From Eutreptiella sp. 'Long Island Sound 2002' (lineage: Eukaryota > Protista > Euglenida), in NCBI GenBank assembly GCA_964036045.1, contig OZ038378.1:80538001-80602000 (forward strand): a stretch of 64,000 nucleotides of DNA, in the 5' to 3' direction. Shown in pieces: positions 49,800 to 61,870 of the stretch. The notes beneath the pieces are model-generated. The model did not search any database. It saw nothing but the letters and a program-made list of their open reading frames with translations, and was not told the origin of the DNA. A program made the translations under genes and the position numbers. Position 1 is the first letter of the stretch. Each line of letters opens with the position of its first letter.

Positions 49800-52700
49800 G
49801 GAGCGGGTGCCCCGACGGTGCCCCGCGCAGGTGACCTCCCCCTCTCCCAGGGTGGCGACCCCGGAGGGGCCTTAGGGCCTGGTGGCACCCGGGCAGCACA
49901 GCACGAGGGGGGGCTCAGGCTCAACGGCCCCCGGGCTTGGCCCTAGCGGCCAGCCCCACCTCCAGCACGCGCACCGAGCGGAGGGGCCTTAGGGCCCACG
50001 GGGCAACGCGATACATACCATCGCCCCCTCAGGCATCTCGACGCCTAGCCACAGCACCACACAGAAGTAGGCCCTTTAGGGGGTTGTTGAGCCAGCCCCA
50101 GCCGGTTCGCCGCCCCGGGCTACACACACACGCCCGCACAGCATAGCGCATGCGCGCGAACGCGGCGACCACGCGCGGCTGAGCGAACAAGGGAACCATC
50201 CCCCCCACGCGGAGCGACGCGGGCAGGCAGACCCGGGTGCCAACCAGATGCGCTGGTAGCGGGTTAGCCCCCATCCACTGTGTGTGGGTTGGCGCCCTGC
50301 ACCCCACCCAACAGCGGCATGCATGTCACGGGCAGTGACACGACATGCCGCACCCTTTCGCCTCACTCTCGGCCGCGGAGCAGCAGGAGCAGCTCCGCCC
50401 AGCTGCTGTATTCCCCATCTCGGGCGCTGTCTGGAACGCGGCGCAAGCGACAGTGGAGATCACAGCGCGGCACCACGAGGCGAAGATCAACGTCATGGGG
50501 GTACCGGTACCGCGCAGCCCCACGCTGGCGTCCGTTGCAGTGACGTGGTGTGCGCTGGCCAGCCCGTCGAAGCCTCCGAGACTGCAGCCGTACGACCTGA
50601 GCGTCCTGGAAGAGGGCCTGTCGGGGTATTCGTGGCGCACATACCAGACGTGCATGGAGGAGCTGATGGAGTACGCGTTGCGGGACGCCGCGCCCCGACG
50701 GTCTGACCTGGTGCACGCAGCAGCGAGGCACATGGAGGCGTGGGGCAGCGACCAGATCCGCGTCCTGGCCTTCGAGGACCTCCTCCTGCTGCTGGGGAAC
50801 GTCACTACGGTACAGCCGGTCACACTGCGGGTACCGCTTCTGCACTGGCTGGCCTCCTGGACTGCATCGCGACACGGGCTGAAGCTGGCGTGGGAGACCC
50901 CCACATTCACAACCTCCTCCGCAGGTCTCAAGCTTCCCAGCCCGTGCCCCTTGACTCAGCGGGAATGGCAGAATGAGCTTCGGGAGCGAGAGAAGGATGG
51001 GAGCCTGGCCATGCCCGACGCTCTGACGCGCTTCCAATCGATGGAGAGGGGCCACACTCAGCCACAGGGGCCCGGCCAGAGCGACACCCCGCAGTAGCTG
51101 TAAATTCTGCAGGGGCCCGCACCTGCCGACCCCGAGAACATGCTACGTGAGCTGGATGCGCTTGGTTGTGTCCCAGGGCCACAAGTTGGGCAGGTCGCCG
51201 CCGCGGTAGCGGCCCTCGCCCGACCGTACGGTACCTCAGCCCGCGTGCTGCAGAACTTGGGCCTGGCATCAGTCCCAGCGGCCCTGGTCACAGCCGTCAA
51301 GGCAGTGTGGTCCTCGTGCCCAGCGTCCACCCAAGCGCGCATGACGGCCGACCTCCAGCCCCTCCTGGACCACGTTCAGCAACGCCACGGCTCAGCGGTT
51401 GATGGGGCAGGGTGCGACGCACACTCGAAACCGTGGACAAGACCATCACGGGCGCGGCGTCTCTGGGTTATACCAGGTGGTCACAGGCAGGGCTGGCTGT
51501 GGCCTCCACCGACGACCTGCCCATCTCCGCCTTCCAGCACATTGGCAACGTGAGCGACGAGCAGGAGTTCCGTAAGGGCATTTTGGGGCTCGTACGGGGC
51601 CTAGACCGCATCGCGCAGCACGACGTGCTGCTAGAGGCCACCAAGAGGGCCCTCGCTGTCTCTGAGGGGGACAGCTTCCAGTGGTTTCTAGGGAAAGGCG
51701 CTAAGCCTGGGGCTTCCCCCCCAGCAGCGGCTCAGGCCCCGCACCCACCCTCAACCCGTCCGACAGACGCGACCCCCCAGCGACCGCCGCCAGCCGCTCC
51801 GCGACCGTGGACTGACCAGCCGCTGCCCGCCAGCGAAGCAGGACCTGACCGTGCGCCGCCCACCAGGGCGGTGCGCATTTCTGGCCTCCGCGATCTGCGA
51901 GCCCCAGAGGTGTCTGTCGGCCTCAGTGCTCTCTTCCAGACGCCCGTCTACCTGACGCCCCCCGACCAGCAGAGGGGATACGGGTTCGCGGTCATACCGG
52001 CGGCCGTGTTCGAGAACCTCTTCTCGGACTACCCATCCCGCTGGTACGAGTCTGACGGCATGTGGGGGGTTACGCTCGACAGTCGCAGGCAATCCAACGG
52101 GGAAGCCTTCCACGCGGACCTCACAGCTCTCACAATGCCCCCTCCCCTGCGCCCAGGCCCCTCGCCGGAGCAGGACCCGAAACGCAGGCGGATCGACGAG
52201 GGACATCGCCCACCGACATCTTGGGCCCGCGCTGCACCGGGCCTCCCAGGGCCACCACCGCCCTTGGCCCCTGAACGGCCCCCCCGCACGCGCCGCACGT
52301 GGCCCTGCACACCCGCCCAGACGCAAATGGGGCCCCATCCATGCAGATGGCCCAGGGGCAGCCCTGGCCGACCCGCCGCAGGAAGTGACTACTGGTACCG
52401 CTCACCCTCCCCCCTAATTGCACCCCAGATCATGGGGTCCTCCGCGTGGCCCACGCCCTTGCTAAGACCCACCCCAAGCCGACGACACGACGCCCTATCA
52501 CCCTACCCGCTGCCCCGGCGTCCGAACCCCCCAGCGCCCTGCACTCGTCCAGCATCTGCACCGTCTGCGGCACTTGGGCCTTGTCCGCGCCCGGATCCGT
52601 AGCCTCCATGGCCTGCCCGGAATGCGGCTCCCCGGCGTCACTGCAGGCCTTCGCACTTCAGCCCCCCATGCCAGAAGTCCCCAGCGACCCCGTACCAGCG

Positions 52701-55700
52701 GCTCTCAGCTAGACGCCCCCCGAAGCCCGTAACTCGGTCCTGGAGGTGACACAGGTCTGGATACGCGCGGTCAGCCAACTGCCCCCCTTGGCGGTCGCCA
52801 CCCCCCCAGTCCGGTGTGCGGACATGTGGGTCTCATTCTGGGATGAGGCCCCTCCCATGCGGACGGAGCCGCTGTCGCCGCCCTCGTACGCCCGGCGTGG
52901 CCCGCAAGAGCCGTGGCTACTACGGTCCGCCGCCCCCGACATGCACGTGCTTTCGTCCGCCTGCGCCACGTGTGGCAGGATGCGGGCGTCAGTGGCGGCT
53001 GTGGGCGCGCTCCTCGACACTGCCCCCCAGCCTCATCTCTTCTGCGTCGCGCAGGCAGCACATCACCCCCTGCTCACAGCCAGCGTGGCGGAAAGGGCGC
53101 ACCTGTGGGACGGCTGCCGCCACTTCCCAGGCGGTGTCGCCCTGTGTGGGTGGCGCTGGGCGAACTGCACAGGACTGCCTCCACCAGCATCCGTCCTACC
53201 TGTGCCCTCGTGGGCCTCGCAACTGCCAGCGCCCAACGCGCCCCAAGCCAACCCTGAACCCGTCAGCTTTTGGGTGCTGGGCAACAACTTGGCTGGTGCG
53301 GCTCATCAACGTGACATAGTGGGCCCACTGATAGAGGCCGTGGACCCCACGTACGTGCTGCTGCTGGAGACATGGGACCCGGCTGCAGCTCAGGCGCTGG
53401 TGCCCCCGACGTACGCCCTGATCCAGGGTACAGTGACGGGACAGCGACGCGGCCTGGCGGTGGGGATCCGACTGGCGGACATCCTCCCTATGCACCCGCC
53501 CGCGGTGGTCTACGACTCACGAGATTGGCTGGGGGTCCTGTGCCACGCCCGACACGTAGGACGGGTGCTCCTGCTGGACGCACACTTCGACCCCCACGCA
53601 CCACACGCACAGTGGCGCGCCACAATGGACAGCCTCCTCACCTGCGCACACCACGTCCGAGCAACCGTGACGATCATTCAAGGCGACCTGAACTCCGACG
53701 ACGATGGCGCAACGCCATTGGCTGTCACACTCCGACGGGACCCGCGACTGCAGCGCTACGTACGGGTGCTGCCCCCGCGCACGCCAACCAACATCGTCAG
53801 CATCCAAGGGCGCATCCGCGCCACCGCCATTGACCACCTCTTCGTCAACGGCCCCGTCCGCAGCAGCGAACACCACCTGGTCCCCACAGCCAGTTCCCAC
53901 CTGGCGGTGATGGCGGATATAACCCTCACCAGCACTCGCTATGCCCCACTGGAAGCATCTGCGCTGGCGCCTTGCCCCACCAGCGGTTATGGACGCCGTT
54001 CGGGCGCTCACCAGCGCCGTCTGGGGCCACGTGGCCGTCACCACAGCCCCGCCGGACATGTTCATCGCTGCCCTGCACCACCTGGCCCGCAAGCGCCTGC
54101 CAGCGCCCATGCCAGACAGCCAGTACGTCCGGCGCTTGGCGCACCACCCACCGCCCTACGACGACGGCTTCCTCCAAGCGCGGGCGGAGGAGCATCGACA
54201 GCGGGCACAAGATCTTCACCGCGACCGCGTACGGCTGGCATTGCGCTCGGTGCAGATCGGGCGCGAGACCCGCCGGGCCTTGTGCCTGCCCACCGTCCCG
54301 CTCAGGCCGTACACAGGCATACTCCCGTCCCCAGGAGCAGTCCTTTCCAGCAGGGAAGAGCGACTGGCAGAAGTCACGGCCCAGGTCTCATACGCCACCC
54401 GGTACAGACACCTCCACATCAACAAGGAGCGCTTCGCCATCCAGTCAGTCCCGCCCCTGCAGCAGCGCACGCCGTGGTTTGCAGCCGAACTCCCGATGGA
54501 CCAGCTGCACCATGCCCTCCGGCGCGGTCGGGACCCCGATGCCAGCAACGACCGGGAGGCCCTCCTGGCTGAGCTGAACGAGCGGCCGCTCTATGGCACG
54601 CCAGACGTGGCCCTGCAGCTGGAACGACGGACGTCACCTGCCACGGCCTTGGACAATGTACCAGGTACAATCACCCACACCAAGTCCGGGGGCACCGTAG
54701 CGGGAGTTCGTCACATGCACTGCAGCTTCCAGCGAAACGTCGACTCGGTGGCCAGAGATACCATCCGCTATCGGTCGTACAAGGGCAAGGGCCCGCTGCA
54801 CCTGGCAGGATCGCATCGGCCGGTGGCAGTGGAATCCAACCTCATGCGCTCCTACTGGGGGGTCGGGCGCACGAGGCTCAACTACACCCTGGAGCTGTCC
54901 GGGGCCCTGACGCCCGACCTCCTTGCGTACCGCACGGCAGTTTCAGCCACCATGATGGTCCTCTCTACGCGAGCTTCGGTGCTGCGGGCGCTGGAGCTCT
55001 CTAGAGTATGCGCTGACGCTGAATGGGACGAATCAGATGCCTACCTGCGCAACCAGAGGGAAGATGATGAGGAGCTGCTGCGTCTACTGCCAGGGGTACG
55101 GAACTTCGGTTCCTAGTGTGACGCGTTCTACTCGCGTCAGCGGATCCACTCAGTGACCGACGAGGGGCTGGCCCCGAGGTACAGCCCTGGCGAGGGCAGG
55201 GAGCAAGGGGACTCCTTTGCAGGGGAGGGTTTCCAGGCCCTGCAGTGCGTCCTGAACACCTGCATGCTCACGGGGGCGTCGCTGTACGTCCCCGACGTTC
55301 TGCGGCCGGGACACTCGCTACCGATGGAGCACCAGGCGTACTCGGACGACCGGCGGGTCCAATCAGACACTATGACGCGGGTGGTGGCGCTGGTTGCGCG
55401 GTGCATGGACGTGTCTATGGCCGCCGGCAGGGTGGTTCACCCCTCCAAGTTGGCCTTCCACTGTGTCCGCCTAGACGCTGCAGGATCGCGCCTGATAGAA
55501 TGCGAGGTAGGGCTGGCGGGCCTGATGACGACCAAGGAGACGCCAGTGGTGTTGCGGGTACCGCTTTTGGCGGAGCTCCCGCTGACGGCGGCCGTGGGGC
55601 GGTTCCTCCGGGCACTCCCGGGGGCCTCGGCGTCAGCTACGCGTCAACGACTGCCCCCCTTGCTGCGGCTCCGGGCTATGCTGGCGTATGGAGTCTCCAG

Positions 55701-58062
55701 TGGAGACAACCTGCTGCGGGGCCTCCTGGTGCCCGGCCGTTGCCTGGCTGCCCATCAGGTGCAGGTGCACAAACCCTATCGCCGCGCGTTCTGCCTGCCC
55801 AAATGGACCCCGGTGGAGTTCCTAACGTTGGCGCTCGAGGAAGGGGGCCCTGGGGCGCCGAGCCTCCGCGACCGCTGCGAATTGCTGCTTCTGCAGTCGT
55901 ACCTCCAGTCGTCATGGTCGCGCAACGCCGCAGCAGCGTCAGCCGTGCACTATCGGGTCAGCACGCCACCCATCCGCGGCTGGGAACACGAGGGGGTCGC
56001 CCTTCAATGCGCCCTGCGCGCCCGAGGGGTCAACCTGACCGCCCTGCCGTCTGGCGTAGCGGAAACCAAGGCTCTAGAATTCGGGTCCTTGGCGGACCTG
56101 GGCGGAATCCACAGTGTTCACGTGTCCTACGACGGGGCGTACGTGGAAGGAGTGACGGCTTGGGCCGTGGTGCTGTGGCATGACGCTTTGGGGTACTTCT
56201 ACGGGTGCGGTCGCGCACTGCGGACCGCGGGCAGCGACGCCACAGTGGCCGAATGGATGGGACGGTTGGAAGCTATGCATGCCTTGCAGCGCTGGGGAGG
56301 GACAGTTCACTACGTCGCTGATTCGACGGCCACCCTGGCCTCGACGTACGACCGTGCCCCCGCGGCGGGCACGTTGGTGGAACCATGGTACCGAGCGCTT
56401 GCGCCGCTACGCGTCTCCAGCCCCTCCGTGGACGTGTGGGTCCCCTCCTTGCCCCGGGCCCAGCATCCGCCGTCGCAGCTCCACAGCCTGCACCGCGCAG
56501 CACACGACCTCGCCAAGCGGGCAGCGCAACGCCCCAGCAGCGCTTCAGTGCCGTGGCCCCACCTGCTGGCTGGAAGGGTCGTGGCGCACTGGCACGACGC
56601 GCTGATCATCAACGTCAAGGAAGCTGCATAGGAGCTGTACCAGACTGGCACCCGGCTGGCACTATTCCGGAGTTAGCCTGCAGCCCTCGTACACCCGTGG
56701 CACCCCACGGTGCTGCGGGCACTGTGCACTGACAACCTCCCCCTGCTGCAGTTGCAGCGCATGACCCTGCTGCGCCTGCTTGAGGTTCGCCGGCCGCCGC
56801 AGGGGTATGGCGCATCCGACTGCCCTTTCTGTCACGGCCCGACTCTGGATCTGAGCGCCCACCTGGCGGGGGGGTGCAGGGCCTATTACCTGATGCGCGT
56901 TGACATGTTCCAGACCCTCCTGTACCACCTGGTGCGGGTGACCACACCGCGGCATGCCCGCAGCCACCGGGGACTGGCGGTCTGCGACGCCACTGGGACC
57001 CAGTACACTATCCTGGACCCTGTGCAGCGCACGGCAGCGCTGGAGCCCCCCGGCGTGGACATCAGCCCGAGCGGCCACGCCCAAGCGAACCCGGGGCGAC
57101 CAGCGCTCGGGCACGACGCCGACAACACCGTGCAGAATGTTCTGGCGGCGGCGGCCCACCCCGATCACACCCTGCAGTGGGCCCTGGGGCGTTCTGGCCT
57201 GGAGCCGTCGGCGAATGGAGCGGGGCCACGGCTGTCCTTCGGGGACGAAGTACTACTCCAATATGCATTGCGGGCACTGGACCGATGGGTGCTGCGCGTC
57301 CGCTATGGGTTACAGCAGCCCCTTCCGGCGCTAAGCGGGGTACTGGGGCGACCGGCCGCAATGGTGTATATGTGTATTCACGAGTTAGATATAGAATTCG
57401 CCCTCAGCCAGCCCACGGAAGCGGCAAGCGCCGCCCGTGTGTATCTCATAGACACTGACCATGAGTGGGCGGTGCGCCACACTCATGCGGACCATCTGCA
57501 CACGACAAGCCTAGCGCCGCGGAGGTGCGTCCTCTGGGACCCACGGACACCATGGACGAATTAAAGAGTGAAGCCCGACCAGTGCCCGTGCCTGCGACCA
57601 AGGAGGGGACGGGGAGGAAGCAGGGTGGACGCGCGGGCCCTGCTGGGAGGGGGGCTGGGCGCCACGGCCAGCGCCGAGGGCGAGCCTCCGCGCCCACCCC
57701 ACCCTCAGGGCAGAACGCACCGGGGCGCCCCAGTCCGTGGGCGCCGGCACGAAACCAAGGGGCGCGCCACGAACACACCACCGATGGGGTGGGGGGGAGA
57801 GCAAGGAGGCCAGAGCGATGACACGCAACACAGGTACGGGCGGGCAAGGCGCCGCGCGCAGCGCGGTGGACCCGGACGTGCCTTACACGTAGGAAGAGAA
57901 ACGGCGAGAGCGCGCCGGAGCGACACGCGCGAGCCCCAGTGCGCGTGGTTCATGCGAATTACAGCGTGTCACGCAGCCCCTGCCGCCCGTGGCCTGCAGC
58001 CTAGGGGGCACTGGCCTAGCGCCGGGACATAGCGGCAGCAACCAACCAACCAACCAACCAAC
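49800..58062 (+). mobile_element. LINE-C: near-complete RRM-ZnF-APE-RT-RNase H-CCHC element with (CCAA)n tail
   Basis: RNP1 RGYGFAV; CTVC/CPEC; APE LLETW, QGDLN, AIDHLF, SSH; RT HRPVAVES, EQGDS, YSDD; RNase H SYDGA, AEW, ADS; CPFC...H...C; (ccaa)n at 58038-58062. The 5' boundary is approximate. Confidence 0.9.
52446..57564 (+). pseudogene. LINE-C pol, broken by TAG at 52710, 55114 and 56629 and one frameshift near 53940
   Basis: ORFs 52446/52746 share a frame; ORFs 53941/55153/56710 share a frame. Confidence 0.9.
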
Positions 58063-58873
58063 CCCCCTTCTCCCCCCACCCTGAGATTGGCTGCAAAGTG
58101 GGAGGGAGTCGGTGTATGGCCCGTTGCTACGTCCCCCCCGTGCTCCCTCCCCCTCCTCCCCGTCCCCTTTCCCCTCGTCCACCACCACTTCCCCCTCCCC
58201 CTCATCCTTGACCCCCCCCTCAGGCTAGCCTGTACCCGCCCCTTGGCTCCTCTCCCTCTCTCTTCTCTCCCTCTTCTATCTCTTATTTTTCTTCTTCTCC
58301 TTCTTCTCCTTTTTCCGCCTATCCCAGGACTTTTCGCTTGCCTCCTCGGATGGGCGTGCGGGCAGTGGAGGGGGCGGAGGTGGACTTGGTGTTGGCGGAG
58401 GTCTTGGAGCGGCTGCTACTGCCAGTCGCTGCTCCAGTTGTGGACAAACGCACATGCAAAAAAACAATTTTTTTTTTAATTTTTCATCCCTCGAGTTAAT
58501 TTCTTGAACTTAATATTCTCGACCAAAAATTAAATTAATATATTAAGTACTAATGGAAGCCACTGTTAATATTATTGTGGAAAAATTAAGCAACTCGCGG
58601 CAAATATTAATCGGAACGCACAAGCAAGCGTGCACAAGCAAAACACACCAGGGCTGCATTGTTGGCTTTGAACATGTCGGCCAACATCTTTTGCGATGCC
58701 AAGGCGTCCATGGCAAGGAGAAAACAAAGCTGGCGGTGGGGAACCAAGGGTGGAGGGCGGCGGGCTACCGGTGGCCATGAACTTGGCCGTGGTGCCTGGG
58801 GCGGTATGGGGGGTCCCCTAGTTGTGCAACGGGAGGTCAAATTTTAAAAACCACCACTCCCACACTTGCGAAC

Positions 58874-60508
58874 CTACCTCCCCTTCCGTTCTAGTTGGGT
58901 TGCCCCCGGCATCCCCCCCCCCCCCCCCGGGCGCGAGTGGTCATTGTATGCGCGCTTAGAGATGGCGTTGAGGCTCTCAACAACATCCGCGCACACGGCA
59001 CCCAACCCAACCCCCAAGCGGCGTGCATTGACCACGGCCTCGGTGACATCCTCCTCCAAATAGAGGACGTAGCTTGATTGGCACGCCTCCTTGCAACAAT
59101 GTGCTTGGTAGGCGCGTGCCACCTCGGCCACACGTAGGTCCCCGCGGGGCCGCTTGTCCGTGTACAACTCCCGGAGGAGGTCACGCATGGCCACGACGGC
59201 TTGCCATTCACCATCCTCCGGGATGTAGTCCAACAACGGACCAAGTTCGTCCCACAAGAGGAACAATGCATCTGCCTCCTCCCCGTCGGGTGCCGTCGAC
59301 GCACCCAACTTCACACTCGTGCGCGCCTGGTAGAGGACCCGTTGCAGGGCGTTGACATTCTCCTTGGGGAGGTCCACGAGGCGTGTCTCGATGAACGCCA
59401 CTTGGACCCGGCCTATGGCTATGCAACAATGGAGGATGCGTGGGAAGACCACGCACCGGTCAACCACAATGCGTGGACCCCCTATGCATCCTCCATTTTG
59501 CAAGCTACGGCCGGTCTTCTTGTAGCGGAGGCGGGCTGCCTCCTCACAGTCCAAGGTGCACCGGGTCGCCACATTGACCAATGCCGCCGCAACCTTGCCC
59601 CACACCCCCATATTCTAAATTGAGCCCACCAAGGGCGAGGTTGACACACCGATGAGGCGCCGCACCAAGGGTTGGTCTCCCCCGATGACCAACCCGCTTG
59701 GCACGCAGCGCGACACCGAGTAGAACTTCTTGCAGTCTTTTATGAACTGCAATATCTACAAAAAAGAAACGGATTAATATTTGCATTGATTTCTTGAGAT
59801 TACTATTAAGTTAATTTTTCAGGTGGCGTTAATCTTAACCAAAATCTAGAAATTGATCTCCGAAAATTAACGCAAAAAAAGCAAAAAAAAAACAAACGAC
59901 CAATTGGCCACAAACCTTCAAGTTGTCGGCCCATATCGTTGCAAGTGCCGCCATGTCCTTGTCCCTGCACACGGCCATCCCTATCACCCACTAGTACGCA
60001 GGTGTGCGGCCCCGTGCGCCGTGGTTCAGGAGCCCAACGGAGAGTTGGGTCGAACTACCACCGGCGCACGGGTACGCATCCCCACACACCATGAAGGTCA
60101 GGGGCCTCGTGCAATCAATAGTGTCCACTAGCGATGGACGTGATTGGACGTACCGGGCCTATGAGGGTAGCAGCCAACAACGCCCACTCGCCGGGGGATC
60201 GGGGATATTGCTTCACCGCCTCCTTCTGCTTGTCGCAAGTATGGGAGGGGTAGGTAGCCAACGTCCGTGGCCTCGGACCATCCGGCCCGGGCCAAGGGAG
60301 ATGAAGCCGCCCACTCACCAAGGAGTTGGGCGACCAAAGGGTCCCGCAAACTCTTGGCCCCACTCAAACGCACGAGCGTCATGTTAAGCTCGGTAAGGGT
60401 GTCCCGAGAGAAGGCCATAACAAGATCTATACCATGTAACATGGTGGTGTGGAGTGGGGGGGAATGCGGGCAACTGGAGGGGGGGGTGTCCAAGACAGCC
60501 ACCAACAC
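58874..60508 (-). pseudogene. RAG1/Transib-like DDE transposase relic with GT-AG intron 59756-59915
   Basis: D1 FMVCGDA (60080), D2 GGDQPLVRRLIG (59677), ILHCCIAIG, E in GLGAVCADVVESLNAISKRAYNDHSR (58978); in-frame splice ...WADNLK|ILQFIKDC...; TAG at 59993 and 59617. Confidence 0.75.
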
Positions 60509-60789
60509 AACATTGGAACCTCTCTACTACACCGTTGTGCGTAACACCCCTTATGGGTCCTCATATGCCTCCCCACCCTACGGCTCACGGTGGCAAGGCG
60601 TTAGTACCTTCCTTGGAGCAGAGGACCCAGCCCAAGGCTCAACGGATGGGGGGCCTGGCACACGGCGGCCCAGCAGGGAGTGTCTCACCCGCGGCCACCG
60701 GCTGGGAAGGGCCAACGGACGGCTGGGTCTTCTTAACCCTCCCCCACACGACGGCAGCAAAACCCGAGTTCCTCCAGTCCTGCGTGGGC

Positions 60790-61870
60790 CATGGGGGATA
60801 GGGTAGCCCGGGGGAGGGTCAGCCGCGCTTGGACGTCCAGGGTCCCCACCGGGTGACAGACGCAGCCGAGTCCTTGTGGTCCTTCGTTGGCCGTCTATGG
60901 GATAGGGACGCGCCGGGGGTGGGGTATGCCCTTTCTTCCTTTCTTTGTTCCTTTCTCCCCCCACACAGCAGCGGACACACCCGAGTTACGCCGGCTCCGC
61001 CCAGGACCTTCGAGACATAGGGACACCGCGTGGGGGTCCATGCACGTCCCAACATACATTCCTTCTCCAAACAGCGACGGATACACCTGAGTCCCTCAGG
61101 TCCCGCCTGGGCATATTGGGGGATAGGGACGCACTGTGGGAGCTATTGCAGGTTACCCTCTTTGTCCCCCCACACATTGTTGGATACACTTGATTCACTT
61201 CGGTCCTGCGTGGGCCCTTTGGGGGATAGGGACGCCCCTTGGGAGCAATCGCTTGTTGCCCTCTCGGTCCCTTCAGATAGCGGCCGAGAGACCCGAGTCC
61301 CTCCAGCCATTCCTGGGCCGTTTGGGGGATAGGATTGCCCCGTGGGAGGAATTGCACGTTTTCCTCTCCGTCTCCCCACATAGCGGGGGATACACCCGAG
61401 TCCCTCCAGTCCTCACTTGGCCGTTTTGGGGATAGGGACGCCCCGTGGGGTGGGTCGGAGATCACCGCCTGGCCTGGTACTAGCCACACAGCGGTGGATA
61501 CAACCGAGTCCCCCTGGTACTGCCTGGGCCGCCGAGGGATATGGACACTGGTGGGGGGTTCAGGAGATTGGGGACTTCCAACTCTTCCCCACACTGCGGC
61601 GGATACACGCGAGCCCCCCTGGCTCCGCCTCGACCGTTTGGGGGATAGGGGCGCCCCGTAGAATAACCACCCTCCGCTTCCTCCCACATAGCGGAGGATA
61701 CACCCGAGTCCCTCCGGTCTTGCCTGGGCCGCCGTGGGGACAGTGATGCCCCATGGGTCTGCCGCGTTCACCGGGCATCTCTCCCGCACGACGGCAGAAA
61801 CCCGAGTCCCCCCAGGCCGGCCTGGATCGGTTGGGGGACAGGGACGCCCCAGGGGACACCCCACCGGGCG
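60790..61870. repeat. ~104-nt structured tandem repeat, about 11 copies
   Basis: ggggatagggacgcccc-type cores at about 60797, 60900, 61016, 61121, 61223, 61326, 61430, 61535, 61641, 61736 and 61833. Confidence 0.85.

Noticed and set aside
58060-60800. RSS-like CACAGTG termini or a RAG2-like gene around the transposase
   Set aside because: No paired heptamers or kelch repeats found by eye; scattered CACAGTG hits elsewhere are unpaired.
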